From an uncultured bacterium (lineage in GTDB: Bacteria > Auribacterota > Erginobacteria > Erginobacterales > Erginobacteraceae): a stretch of DNA of 64,000 nt. Location of the stretch: NCBI GenBank assembly GCA_963822585.1, contig CAWGIE010000007.1, forward strand, positions 128,001 through 192,000, given 5' to 3'. The position numbers and the translations under genes are program-made. The notes below the pieces were generated by a model, which was not told where the DNA came from, did no database searches, and saw only the letters and a list, made by a program, of their open reading frames with translations. This document shows, piece after piece, positions 10,323 through 19,459 of the stretch; positions within the stretch are counted from its first letter, which is position 1, and the number at the start of each line of letters is the position of its first letter.

Positions 10323-11129
10323 TCATCTTACAGCCGTCGCCTTGAAGAAAGTGTAGCAGAAGGTGCCGTCCTCCCCGGCGGTCCGGTAGAGGTCGGCAAT
10401 GCCTTTTTCCCACGACTCCGGATCTATCAGGCCCCGGGCGAGCGCCTGCTCCCGCACCCCCTCGACCATGGCGGTGAAGGTCTTTTTCGTGAACCCCTCC
10501 GCCAGGTCCGGGCGACTGGCGTCCGCGTAGACCATCCGGGGCGAAACCGAGACCTCCCGGAAACCGGTCTCGGCCAGAAGCGGATACAAACGCCGGCCGA
10601 TCAGGGAATCGCCCCCCGCCGCCGCCTGCAGCCGGATCAGGCATTCTATGGCCCGGCGGGCGGGGACGCTGTCCGGGTGGAAATAGGCGGAGCCGTGATC
10701 CCCCTCGATGACCGTTAAGGTTCCCCCCGGCTTGAGAACTTCCTTCAGCCGGAGCAGGGCATCCGCCGGAGAGGAAAGGTGCTCGAGAACGAAACAGACG
10801 AAGACATGATCGAAAGATTGCCGATCGAACGGCAGCCGGTAAATATCGGCCTTCTGAAAGGCGACGCTGGCCACGCCTGCCCGGGAAACCCGCTCAGCCG
10901 CCCGGTCGAGCGACTCCTCCGATTGGTCGATGGAGACGATCCGGGCCCCGGGACTGTTCCGGGCCAGTGTCACCGTCTGGGCGCCGACGCCGCAGCCCGC
11001 TTCCAGGACCAGGCTTCCCGGGGGATAGCTTGTGTCATGATGGAGCAGATCGGTGAGCGCGCCGGCCTGATCGATCAGCCGTTCGACCTCCCTGCCCGTA
11101 TAACCATGGACATACCGGTGTTCGCTCAT
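10323..11129 (-). CDS. Class I SAM-dependent methyltransferase
   Basis: VLEAGCGVG motif I; FDHVFVCFVLEHL; LKPGG. Confidence 0.9.
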   Translation of the reverse strand: MSEHRYVHGYTGREVERLIDQAGALTDLLHHDTSYPPGSLVLEAGCGVGAQTVTLARNSPGARIVSIDQSEESLDRAAERVSRAGVASVAFQKADIYRLPFDRQSFDHVFVCFVLEHLSSPADALLRLKEVLKPGGTLTVIEGDHGSAYFHPDSVPARRAIECLIRLQAAAGGDSLIGRRLYPLLAETGFREVSVSPRMVYADASRPDLAEGFTKKTFTAMVEGVREQALARGLIDPESWEKGIADLYRTAGEDGTFCYTFFKATAVR

Positions 11130-11147
11130 GGCGGATCAATAGCTTGA

Positions 11148-11341
11148 GCTTACTTGAAAAGGTATTTTTGAGATTTTATCTAAAACAACGAAGGAATTTA
11201 CCACGAAGGTCACGAAGTACACGAAGAATAGTCGGGAAAATAAAATAAGATGTAGCTCATTTTTCAAAAACTTCGTGATCTTCGTGCCCTTCGTGGTTTC
11301 AATTGATTTTGTTTCAAAGTGATATAATTTTCGAGCAGGGC
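11148..11341. mobile_element. MITE-like element carrying family D (CACGAAG) arms, flanked by the 9-bp direct repeat ATAGCTTGA
   Basis: Direct repeats at 11139-11147 and 11342-11350. Ends gcttacttgaaaa and ttttcgagcagggc. Confidence 0.6.
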
Positions 11342-11417
11342 ATAGCTTGATTTTGACGCAGTTTACGGGTGTCCGGCAATGCCCCGGAGCGATGGAATCC
11401 GGAAAGCCGGGTCAGGC

Positions 11418-11795
11418 TTATTCCATCGTTTCCGTCACCCGGAGCAGGGCGCCGTTCGGCACGGCCCGCAGGGCGCCCGGGTCGTCCAGGAGTTTCCCGA
11501 AGACATTGACCGGGCTATAGGCCCGCGGGTTCGCATCGGTGCTGACCGGAGTCGGACCGAAGAAAACACAGAACGCCATCCCGACCGGCCAGTAGCCGAG
11601 TTCGCCGATCTCGACTTCCGCCCGGGCCTCCGGCTCCACCTTGAGCGCGACCGGGATGGGAAAATAGATCTCATCACCCCAGAGGGTTGCCGCTCCTTCC
11701 AGAGGGAGGATCTCCAGGATCTTACGGGCGGTGGGGGTGTCGAAAAGTTCGGCCCGTACTGTCACGTTATCGCCGGTGATGGTAATTATATTCAT
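11418..11795 (-). CDS. Cyclophilin-like fold protein (DUF369-like)
   Basis: TPTARKILEILP..WGDEIYF..GELGYWP.G.AFCVFFGPTP. Confidence 0.85.
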   Translation of the reverse strand: MNIITITGDNVTVRAELFDTPTARKILEILPLEGAATLWGDEIYFPIPVALKVEPEARAEVEIGELGYWPVGMAFCVFFGPTPVSTDANPRAYSPVNVFGKLLDDPGALRAVPNGALLRVTETME

Positions 11796-11808
11796 TCCTG
11801 GTTCGCTC

Positions 11809-12276
11809 CTATTCGGGTGTCTGTTCATTGATCGGCAGGGGCCGCACCACTATCCGGGGTCCCTCGACCGCGAGAACCTCTATCGCCGTATCGGGGGGGA
11901 TGAACGTCCCCTCGGTAACCACCGCTATCCTCTCCCCCCCGATCCGGGCGATGCCCGACGGACGGAGCTGGGAGAGCGTTCTCCCCCGCTTGCCGAGCAG
12001 CCCGCGATCTTCATCGTTCCCCGCATGGAAGCCGTCAGCCGACCGCGATTCGTTCTGTAAAATCGTCTGCCGGGCAAAACGTGAATGGGGGTTTTTCAGG
12101 GCCCGGAGGACCACGACCCAGAGGACGATGGAGAGGATGAGAAACGCCGCTACCGAGATGATCACCGCGATCTTAAACTGGTCCGGCGGGAGCAGACCGT
12201 GGAGGATGACCAGGACGACGATGATAACGGCCAGTAAGACCAGCTTCGGGATCAGGATTATCGGTTGGAGAATCAT
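11809..12276 (-). CDS. NfeD-like membrane protein (C-terminal OB fold)
   Basis: Two TM helices, then LLGKRG....LRPSG.A.I.GER..VV.EG.FI. Confidence 0.85.
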   Translation of the reverse strand: MILQPIILIPKLVLLAVIIVVLVILHGLLPPDQFKIAVIISVAAFLILSIVLWVVVLRALKNPHSRFARQTILQNESRSADGFHAGNDEDRGLLGKRGRTLSQLRPSGIARIGGERIAVVTEGTFIPPDTAIEVLAVEGPRIVVRPLPINEQTPE

Positions 12277-12285
12277 GGATCTGTC

Positions 12286-13206
12286 TCAATCATTCTTTTC
12301 CCGAGCATACGCGCCCCGGAGTGCCGCGTCGATCTCCTTCTCATCCGCACCGGGACGGGGAACGTGATCAAAGAGTTCCCATTCCTCCCGGTGTTCCACT
12401 GTCTCCCCCGGCCGAAGGTGCGTCAAGGGGGAGAGGGTTTCCATCTCGAGCATGTAGTCGTTGGTATAGGTCTCGTAGGAGACGCCGAAGTCGGGATACC
12501 GGACGGCGGGGAAATGAGTATGCCTCTTCAGGAAAAGCCTTCCCCGGTTGAAATAAGCCGCCCATTCTTCCCGGCCGGGAATTCCCAGTTTGAACGGCTC
12601 CGATGTCTCCGGATCCTGCCGGAGGAGGATATACCGGTCTCCCCACCTGACCCGGGGATCGTCCATCCGGCTGTAAGGCCAGAGGGCGATCAGGCGGTCG
12701 GGGAGGAGCCCGGCGGCTTTTTCCGGCTGAGGGATCACTTCCAGTCCCCCCGGGGCCATGACCGTGATCGCCCAGGCGGCCAGCTCCACCGGCCAGAGTC
12801 CCCGGTTGGTCAGACGATGCCGGAGCTCGACCCGGCTCCCCCGGGGGGAGAGGCGGAGTTCCAGTTCTTTCCCGATCCCGGTACCGGACTCCACCGACTG
12901 TTCCAGGGAGATCCCGCCCTGGATTTCGCGCCAGGCGACCTCGCTGTTATCCGGCCGGTAGGTCCGTTCCCGGTCCTCCGGGCTGTGCCACAGACGGTGG
13001 CCGCCATACATCCGCCACTCGTCCCCGCCGGTTTGGCCCCGGTCCCCCGCGACCTCGCAGAACTCGTTCTCCTTCCCGACGAAACCGTAACGGATCACCC
13101 GCGGCCCGACGTCGGTCGTGACCACGACGTCAACCCGGCCGTTCGCCAGACGCAGGCAGTTCTCCCATTCGCCGTAAACGATCTTCTCTATTTTCACTTC
13201 TTCCAT
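12286..13206 (-). CDS. Conserved hypothetical protein (DUF4380-like)
   Basis: VTTDVGPRVI, YGGHRLWHSPE, LEMETLSPL; likely start MEEVKI at 13206. Confidence 0.75.
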   Translation of the reverse strand: MEEVKIEKIVYGEWENCLRLANGRVDVVVTTDVGPRVIRYGFVGKENEFCEVAGDRGQTGGDEWRMYGGHRLWHSPEDRERTYRPDNSEVAWREIQGGISLEQSVESGTGIGKELELRLSPRGSRVELRHRLTNRGLWPVELAAWAITVMAPGGLEVIPQPEKAAGLLPDRLIALWPYSRMDDPRVRWGDRYILLRQDPETSEPFKLGIPGREEWAAYFNRGRLFLKRHTHFPAVRYPDFGVSYETYTNDYMLEMETLSPLTHLRPGETVEHREEWELFDHVPRPGADEKEIDAALRGAYAREKND

Positions 13207-13222
13207 AACCTCAACCCGGGTT

Positions 13223-13337
13223 TTGCCACCAAGACACAAAGACACCAAGATACATTAGCGCCTTCGGCGCTAATATATGGTATCGGAAACAAGACATTCA
13301 ACATGCTTTTCTTGGTGCCTTGGTGACTTGGTGGCAA
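13223..13337. repeat. Family D variant (CACCAAGA / TCTTGGTG arms) with an internal TAGCGCCttcGGCGCTA hairpin
   Basis: ttgccaccaagacacaaagacaccaaga ... tcttggtgccttggtgacttggtggcaa. Confidence 0.8.
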
Positions 13338-14612
13338 TTAAACTTCCGGCAAGTCGATATCTTTTGCCTCCTCCTTCTCCCGCGGCAGGATCAGGTTCAT
13401 GACCACCCCGACGATGCCGGCCAGTCCGATACCGGAGAGGGAAAAGGTATAGATGGAAAATTGCATCCCCCCGATGCCGCTGACCAGGATCAGCGCGCAG
13501 ATGATCATGTTCCGGGGCTTCATCAGGTCCTTACCCGCCCTGACCAGCGTGTTCAGTCCTACCACCGTAATCGCCCCGAAGAGAAGGATCATGATCCCGC
13601 CCATGACCGGGGGCGGGATCGTCCGCAGAAGCGCCCCCAGCTTTCCCAGGAAAGATACCCCGATCGCGATGATCGCGCCCCAGGTCATGATCGCCGGGTT
13701 GAATATCCGGACCAGTGCCACCGCCCCCGTCACCTCGGAATAAGTGGTGTTGGGGGGGCCCCCGACCAGGGCGGCGGCCGTGGTGGCGATCCCGTCCCCG
13801 AGCAGGGTGTTCTGGATGCCGGGGTCCTCGATATAGTCCCGCCCGGTAACGCAGCCGATGGCCAGGATATCCCCGAAGTGTTCGATGGCGGGGGCGATCG
13901 CCACCGGGAAGATGTAGACGATCGCCTCCCAGTTCCAGCGGGGGAAGACAAAACCGGGAACGGCCAGCCAGGGCGCCTCCCGGAGGGGAGTGAAATCGAC
14001 CAGTCCCAATAGGAGCGAGAGCAGGTACCCGGCGAGGATGCCGCAGATGACCGGGATCAGCCGGATCAGCCCTTTTCCCAGGAGGGAGACCGTGATGCTG
14101 GTAAAGAGGGCAACCGCGGCTACCAGCAGGGCCAGGCCGGGGGAGACCAGAACGGTCCCCCCGTCCCCGCTTTTGCCCATGGCCATGTTGACGGCGACGG
14201 GGGCGAGGATGAGCCCGATGACCATGATCACCGGGCCGGTGACGACCGGCGGAAGAAGCCGGCGGAGGAAGCCGCTTCCCTTCCAGCGGATCACCAGGCT
14301 GAGAATCACGTAAAAAACGCCCGCCGCCGCCAGACCGCAGAGGGTGGAGGGGATCCCCCACGCCTTCACCCCATAGATGATGGGGGCGATAAAGGCGAAG
14401 GAAGAGGCCAAAAAAATCGGCACTTTTCCCCGGGTCACCGCCTGGAAGATCAGGGTGCCGAGGCCGGCGGTGAAGAGAGCGACCCGGGGATCGAGACCGG
14501 TGAGCAGGGGGACCAGGACCAGAGCCCCGAAAGCGACAAAGAGCATCTGGGCGCCGACCAGACAGTCACGGAAGCGAAACCGGTACTCGGTGGAATGAAT
14601 GGAAGAGGTCAT
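13338..14612 (-). CDS. uraA: Uracil/xanthine permease (NCS2)
   Basis: GAQMLFVAFGALVLVP, IEHFGD, GGPPNTTYSE. Confidence 0.9.
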   Translation of the reverse strand: MTSSIHSTEYRFRFRDCLVGAQMLFVAFGALVLVPLLTGLDPRVALFTAGLGTLIFQAVTRGKVPIFLASSFAFIAPIIYGVKAWGIPSTLCGLAAAGVFYVILSLVIRWKGSGFLRRLLPPVVTGPVIMVIGLILAPVAVNMAMGKSGDGGTVLVSPGLALLVAAVALFTSITVSLLGKGLIRLIPVICGILAGYLLSLLLGLVDFTPLREAPWLAVPGFVFPRWNWEAIVYIFPVAIAPAIEHFGDILAIGCVTGRDYIEDPGIQNTLLGDGIATTAAALVGGPPNTTYSEVTGAVALVRIFNPAIMTWGAIIAIGVSFLGKLGALLRTIPPPVMGGIMILLFGAITVVGLNTLVRAGKDLMKPRNMIICALILVSGIGGMQFSIYTFSLSGIGLAGIVGVVMNLILPREKEEAKDIDLPEV

Positions 14613-14707
14613 ATAAATGTGCTCCCTTCAGTCGCGCATTTATGCAGGATCGTCCCTCACTCCGATTCCTTCGACAAGCTCAGGATCTTCGATAGGACTT
14701 GCGGCAG

Positions 14708-14846
14708 TTGTAGTAGATGTAGTATCGCCTTGCCGGAGGCAAGGCTTGCTGAGGTGCAAGGAAGCGATCCTACAATTCCTACAAAGAATGCCAAAGGCAT
14801 TCTGATCCTACAAGTCCTGTCGCGAAAGCGAAAGGACGATTCTACA
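14708..14846. repeat. Family J scaffold (TGTAGGATCG-hairpin-CTTGTAGG), inverted pair
   Basis: Same scaffold at 16455-16523 and 57445-57525 with different stems. Confidence 0.7.
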
Positions 14847-15032
14847 CCCTGAATTTCTCTATACCAAACTTCCAAAGCGATACTTATAATAATATACTAT
14901 CCCATAAGAATTGTTAACCGGATTTATCCATTTAACCCTGTATCCCGCATCCTTTATCCTGTATCCTATATCCCCTATTTCGAAGCCGCGCCGGAACGGC
15001 TTTTACCGGTTATCACCCGGGAAGGAACAATC

Positions 15033-16340
15033 ATGAAAACATATCGGTCGGAATACAAGAAAAGACTGACCACGCCGGATGACGCCGTGAAAGGCATCGG
15101 AAACGGCGAAACTATCGTTTATGGGATGAGCGTCGCTCAACCCCCGGCGCTCCTGGCCGCGGTTGCCGCGCGCGCCCGGGCGGATGACCTGAGAGATATC
15201 AAGCTCTACTCGTTCCTTCCCCTCAAGCACGCCCTGGAGACGGTCCTCGATCCCTACCTGGCGGACTGCATTGAAAATCTCTCCTGGTTCGTGGGGGGGG
15301 CGGACCGCCGCCTGGTTAAGACCGGCCTCACCTATCATGTCCCGACCTATCTCCACCAGATCCCCCGGCTCTGCCGCGACTTCATGGAGATAGACACGGT
15401 GATGACCACGGTCTCCCCGATGGACAAAGCGGGTTATTTTACCTTCGGGACCGGAAACGACTACATCTCGACGGCGGCGCGGCACTGTAAGCGTTTGATC
15501 GTGGAAGTGAACGAAAACATGCCCCGGGTATTCGGGGATTCACTCCTCCACATCACCGAAGTCGACGCGATCGTCGAGAACACCGTCCCCCTGATCGAGA
15601 TGCCGCCGCCGGCGCCCCGGCCGGAAGACGAGATCATCGGTCCGAAGCTGGCGGAAATGGTCCCGGACGGGGGCGTCCTCCAGCTGGGGATCGGTGGCCT
15701 CCCCAACGCGATCACCCGCTATCTCACCGGACACAAGGACCTGGGGATCCATACCGAACTACTCACGCCCGGGATGATCGATCTCCTGGAAAAGGGGGTG
15801 ATCACGGGCCGGAGGAAAAATCTCCACCCGATGAAGAACGTCTTTACCACCGCCTCCGGAACGAAAAGAATGTACGAGTTCATGGACGACAACCCTTCCA
15901 TGGAGAGCTACCCGGCATCTTACGTCTGCAGTCCGGCTGTCATCGCCCGCAACGACAACATGATCGCCGTCAACGCTATCCTGGAGGTCGACCTGCTCGG
16001 ACAGGCCAACGCCGAATACCTGGGAGGAACAACTTACAGCGGGACCGGCGGACAGCTTGACTTTATCCGGGGCGCCTTCGACTCCCGGGGGGGGAAGGCG
16101 GTCCTGACGTTTTATTCAACCGCCAAAAAGGGAACGATCTCCCGGGTCGTCCCCCGCCTGAAGGAGGGTTCGATCGTCACCACCCCCCGGAACGACGCCT
16201 TCTACCTGGCCACCGAATACGGCGTGGTCAATTTGAAGGGCAAGAGCACCAAGGAAAGAGCCCTCGCCATCATCAGCCTCGCCCATCCCCGGTTCCGGGA
16301 TGGGCTTATGAGAGAAGCGGAGAACATGTACATTATATAA
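15033..16340 (+). CDS. Acetyl-CoA hydrolase/transferase (4-hydroxybutyrate CoA-transferase-like)
   Basis: LQLGIGGLP, DLGIHTE, SGTGGQLDF, IISLAHPRFR. Confidence 0.92.
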   Translation: MKTYRSEYKKRLTTPDDAVKGIGNGETIVYGMSVAQPPALLAAVAARARADDLRDIKLYSFLPLKHALETVLDPYLADCIENLSWFVGGADRRLVKTGLTYHVPTYLHQIPRLCRDFMEIDTVMTTVSPMDKAGYFTFGTGNDYISTAARHCKRLIVEVNENMPRVFGDSLLHITEVDAIVENTVPLIEMPPPAPRPEDEIIGPKLAEMVPDGGVLQLGIGGLPNAITRYLTGHKDLGIHTELLTPGMIDLLEKGVITGRRKNLHPMKNVFTTASGTKRMYEFMDDNPSMESYPASYVCSPAVIARNDNMIAVNAILEVDLLGQANAEYLGGTTYSGTGGQLDFIRGAFDSRGGKAVLTFYSTAKKGTISRVVPRLKEGSIVTTPRNDAFYLATEYGVVNLKGKSTKERALAIISLAHPRFRDGLMREAENMYII

Positions 16341-16393
16341 AATCCGCTCCGGCCCGATTTGTGACAAATCGGGCATGAGCGGATTTTATATAA
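16333..16393. terminator. Long hairpin overlapping the stop codon; probable terminator between convergent genes
   Basis: ttatataaaatccgctc..gcccgatttg-tga-caaatcgggc..gagcggattttatataa. Confidence 0.6.
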
Positions 16394-16528
16394 ATTATTC
16401 CTCGACAACCCTGATATATATGGTTCGTGCTTGTTGACCGGACAAAATCAGTGATGTAAGCGAGCAATTCCTACAAGGCGGAGCCGATACTACAAGCCCC
16501 CGCAGGCGCGGGGGCGATCCTACCTGAC

Positions 16529-17653
16529 TCAGCGCCTGCGGCGCTGAGTCAGTACCGCCTCAATCACCGCCCCCAGCCGGCGGTCGAAGGTTTCCTCCGA
16601 AAATTCGCCGGCCGCCCGGAGGCGCCCGGCTTGCCCCATCCGCGCCGCCCGGTCCGGATCGGCGAGAACGTCCGCTATCGCGGCGGCCAGGGCGCCGGGA
16701 TCGCGGGGAGGAACCAGAAAACCGGTCTCTCCGTCAACCACCAGCTCGGGGATGACCCCGACCCGGGTGGCGACGACCGGGCGCCCGGCGGCCATGTACT
16801 CTCCCACCGCCCGCGAATTTTCTTCACTCCCGATCGAGGAGGAAACGCAGACCGCGGCGGAAGCGAGAAACCGGGGAATGTCTTCCCTCCGGCCGGCAAA
16901 GACCACCGCTCCGCCGATCCCCAGCTCCTCCGCCTGCCTCCGCAGCCGGCCGGGCTGCCCTTCCCAGGGATTACCCACCAGCACCAGCACCGCCCGGGGA
17001 AACCGGCGATGAACGGAAGCCATCGCTTCCATCAAGTGGTCGTGTCCCTTGACCGGGGCCAGGCGGGCGACCTTGACAATGAGCGGCGATCCTCCAGGCA
17101 CTCCGAGCTCCCGGAAGAGATCGGGGTCGGGGGGGGCGGGGCGGAAACGTCCGATATCGACCGGAGCCAGAATCCGGTGAACCCGTTCGGCGGGCACGTG
17201 CAGATGTTTCCGGACCCATCCTTCCACCCTCGAGGAGGAGACGATCACCCCGTCCGTCAGGTGCCGGTAAAGATACCGGTTGAAGGGATGGCCGTACGGC
17301 TTCTTGGCCCCACCCCGGAGATGAAGCAGAGGGACTCTTTTCCAGACGGCGCAGCCGGTCAGAAAGTGGGCGGTCGCCCGGGAGGAATGAATAATATCGA
17401 AGCCGCCACGGCCGATCAGACGGGCAAGCCAGGCCAGGTCTCTCATGAAATCGACCGGGGAGCGGGAAGGAGCCGGGCCCGGAAGTTCCAGCACGCGGAC
17501 CGCTGAGGCGAGCTCACCGGTGAAGGCGCTATCCGGGGGCGCCACCACGGTGACGTCCATGCCCATCCGTATCTCGGCCTTCACCAGGCCGGCGGCATAT
17601 TCCGTTTCCCCGTTCCAGCGGGAGGAATGGGTAACAAGTAATGACTTCCTCAT
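16529..17653 (-). CDS. GT4 family glycosyltransferase
   Basis: ARLAPVKGH, EENSRAVGEYMAAGRPVVAT.VG.IPE; likely start MRKSLL at 17653. Confidence 0.9.
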   Translation of the reverse strand: MRKSLLVTHSSRWNGETEYAAGLVKAEIRMGMDVTVVAPPDSAFTGELASAVRVLELPGPAPSRSPVDFMRDLAWLARLIGRGGFDIIHSSRATAHFLTGCAVWKRVPLLHLRGGAKKPYGHPFNRYLYRHLTDGVIVSSSRVEGWVRKHLHVPAERVHRILAPVDIGRFRPAPPDPDLFRELGVPGGSPLIVKVARLAPVKGHDHLMEAMASVHRRFPRAVLVLVGNPWEGQPGRLRRQAEELGIGGAVVFAGRREDIPRFLASAAVCVSSSIGSEENSRAVGEYMAAGRPVVATRVGVIPELVVDGETGFLVPPRDPGALAAAIADVLADPDRAARMGQAGRLRAAGEFSEETFDRRLGAVIEAVLTQRRRR

Positions 17654-17698
17654 GACGAATAATTGATACCCTGAGTGCAGCCCGGGTGATGACAGCAA

Positions 17699-17795
17699 GG
17701 AGTGGTGGAGTGATGGAATGATGGAGTAATGGGTCCCGGCGCGGCCGGCGGACTTTTCCACCACTCCAATACTCCATCACTCCAGTACTCCATTA
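17699..17795. repeat. Family E: TGGAGTRA / TACTCCA octamer inverted arms
   Basis: Also at 27861-27944 and as a half copy at 33071-33106. Confidence 0.85.
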
Positions 17796-18590
17796 TGTCT
17801 TTCCCGTAACCCGATCTACTGATCGGGATTTTTTCATCTTCTGCTGTTCACTCCTGGTCAACTCCCAGAGCTTCGCGTGTTTCTCGGCGACATAATATGA
17901 GGAGAGGATGGCCGAGACAAGGCCGCGGTCGCCGTCGAGGAAACCCAGACGAAAAATGTAGTTTCGGCAGAAGTTATAAAGCGGGTGGAATAAAATAGTG
18001 GCGGCTCTTCCTTTCCGCCCCCGCCGGAAGTACTTGCGGGCGCCCCAGGTCGCGTACCGGTGGGCCTTCTCGGTAAATTCATCGATCGTTCGATGAGTAT
18101 AATGATCGAGCCGATTCCGGAACAGTCCCGGCGTGTCCGCGGGGAGAAGGACGGGATGAACTTCGTCATCGCTGAAGCGGTATCCGTCTCTCCGGAAGAG
18201 GATATTATTCTGATCCCGCTGCCAGCCCCCGTGCTTCATCTCCCGGCCCAAAAAAATACCCCGCCGGAAGACCCGATATTTGCCGTAACGGGGATTTTTC
18301 ATCTCCTCCCGGATTTCGTCGCGGAGCGCCGGCGGCATTACTTCATCAGAGTCGATGATCATAATCCAGGGATGGGAAGCCTGGGGGATGGCCCAGTTCC
18401 TCTGGGCGGATGCCGAACGATACTCGTGTTCGAGTATCCGGTCGGCATACTTGCGGGCCCGTTCCACCGTCCGGTCGGTGCTTCCGGAATCGACCACGAT
18501 CATTTCATCCGCCCAGCGTACGCTGGCCAGACACTGCTCGATCTCATTCTCCCGATTCATGCAGGTAATGATGGCCGTGATTTTCTCCAC
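17793..18590 (-). CDS. GT2 family glycosyltransferase (WaaE/KdtX-like)
   Basis: VVDSGSTDRT, QRNWAI, IDSDE, GFLDG; AGGAGG RBS before GTG 18590. Confidence 0.88.
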   Translation of the reverse strand: MEKITAIITCMNRENEIEQCLASVRWADEMIVVDSGSTDRTVERARKYADRILEHEYRSASAQRNWAIPQASHPWIMIIDSDEVMPPALRDEIREEMKNPRYGKYRVFRRGIFLGREMKHGGWQRDQNNILFRRDGYRFSDDEVHPVLLPADTPGLFRNRLDHYTHRTIDEFTEKAHRYATWGARKYFRRGRKGRAATILFHPLYNFCRNYIFRLGFLDGDRGLVSAILSSYYVAEKHAKLWELTRSEQQKMKKSRSVDRVTGKT

Positions 18591-18712
18591 TGTTATTTTC
18601 CTCCTAACCATTTTCCTTCGCAAAATAGTATCATAATCTTATTCTTCCTGTGGAAAAAAGCGGGATTGTCGGCTATGGTGAACGTATTGCCTGAATAAAA
18701 TCAGGGTCGGCT

Positions 18713-19459
18713 TTGTTTAAAACGAAAAAAAAAGGACCTGCCGTGAACTTACCAAGGCGAAATTATCTCCGAAAACTACTGGTCTACCTGGTCATTCCCC
18801 TGCTCCTTTCCGCCCTCTTCATCGCCGGTTACTATTTCGGGAATCTCCGGATCCAGGAGGTGATCGCTCCCCGGATGAACCGGGAATACGGCCTGCTGGA
18901 AAATCTTCAAAATCTTTTCCTGCTGGCGATGATCGCCCTGACCGCCTATGGGCTGTACCGGAAACGCCTGCTCTTCGAGAAAATCCTGCTGGTCATGGTG
19001 CTGCTCGGGGGGATCTTCCTTCTTCTGGAAGAAGTCGATTACGGTCGCCTCCATTATCGATACCTGATCGGCAACCCGGTCGAGGATCGGGGAAAGGACA
19101 GAAACACCGACCTGAACCTGCATAACCGGGGCAACCTCAACCAGGTTTTCAAGCACACCCTGGATTTCGGGATGATAGCCTTTTTTGTCCTCTTCCCGCT
19201 GGCGACGGGGAAGAGCCGGCACCGGATGGTGCGTTACTTGCGTCCCGATCCCTGGTTCATCATAACCATGGTGATAACACTCCTGGCCTCCCGGACCGCC
19301 AAGGCTTTTAGCGGCATGGGACTGGGCGGGGACGGGGGGCTCCAGTCAAATACCGCCGAGTTCCGCGAACTCCTCGTCTATTATATTTTCCTGGTTTATA
19401 TCTGGGAACTGATCTTTCGGCGCCGTTACCGGAGCGATCCGGAGAAAAAGCCGGAATGA
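18713..19459 (+). CDS. Membrane protein with EEVDYG..NLHN motif (similar to 32258..33040)
   Basis: About 6 TM segments; E.G..EN, EExD(Y/W)G and LHN motifs are shared. Confidence 0.75.
   Translation: MFKTKKKGPAVNLPRRNYLRKLLVYLVIPLLLSALFIAGYYFGNLRIQEVIAPRMNREYGLLENLQNLFLLAMIALTAYGLYRKRLLFEKILLVMVLLGGIFLLLEEVDYGRLHYRYLIGNPVEDRGKDRNTDLNLHNRGNLNQVFKHTLDFGMIAFFVLFPLATGKSRHRMVRYLRPDPWFIITMVITLLASRTAKAFSGMGLGGDGGLQSNTAEFRELLVYYIFLVYIWELIFRRRYRSDPEKKPE

Noticed and set aside
14613..14700. PyrR-binding attenuator upstream of uraA
   Set aside because: The conserved PyrR loop sequence was not found; the hairpins belong to repeat families.
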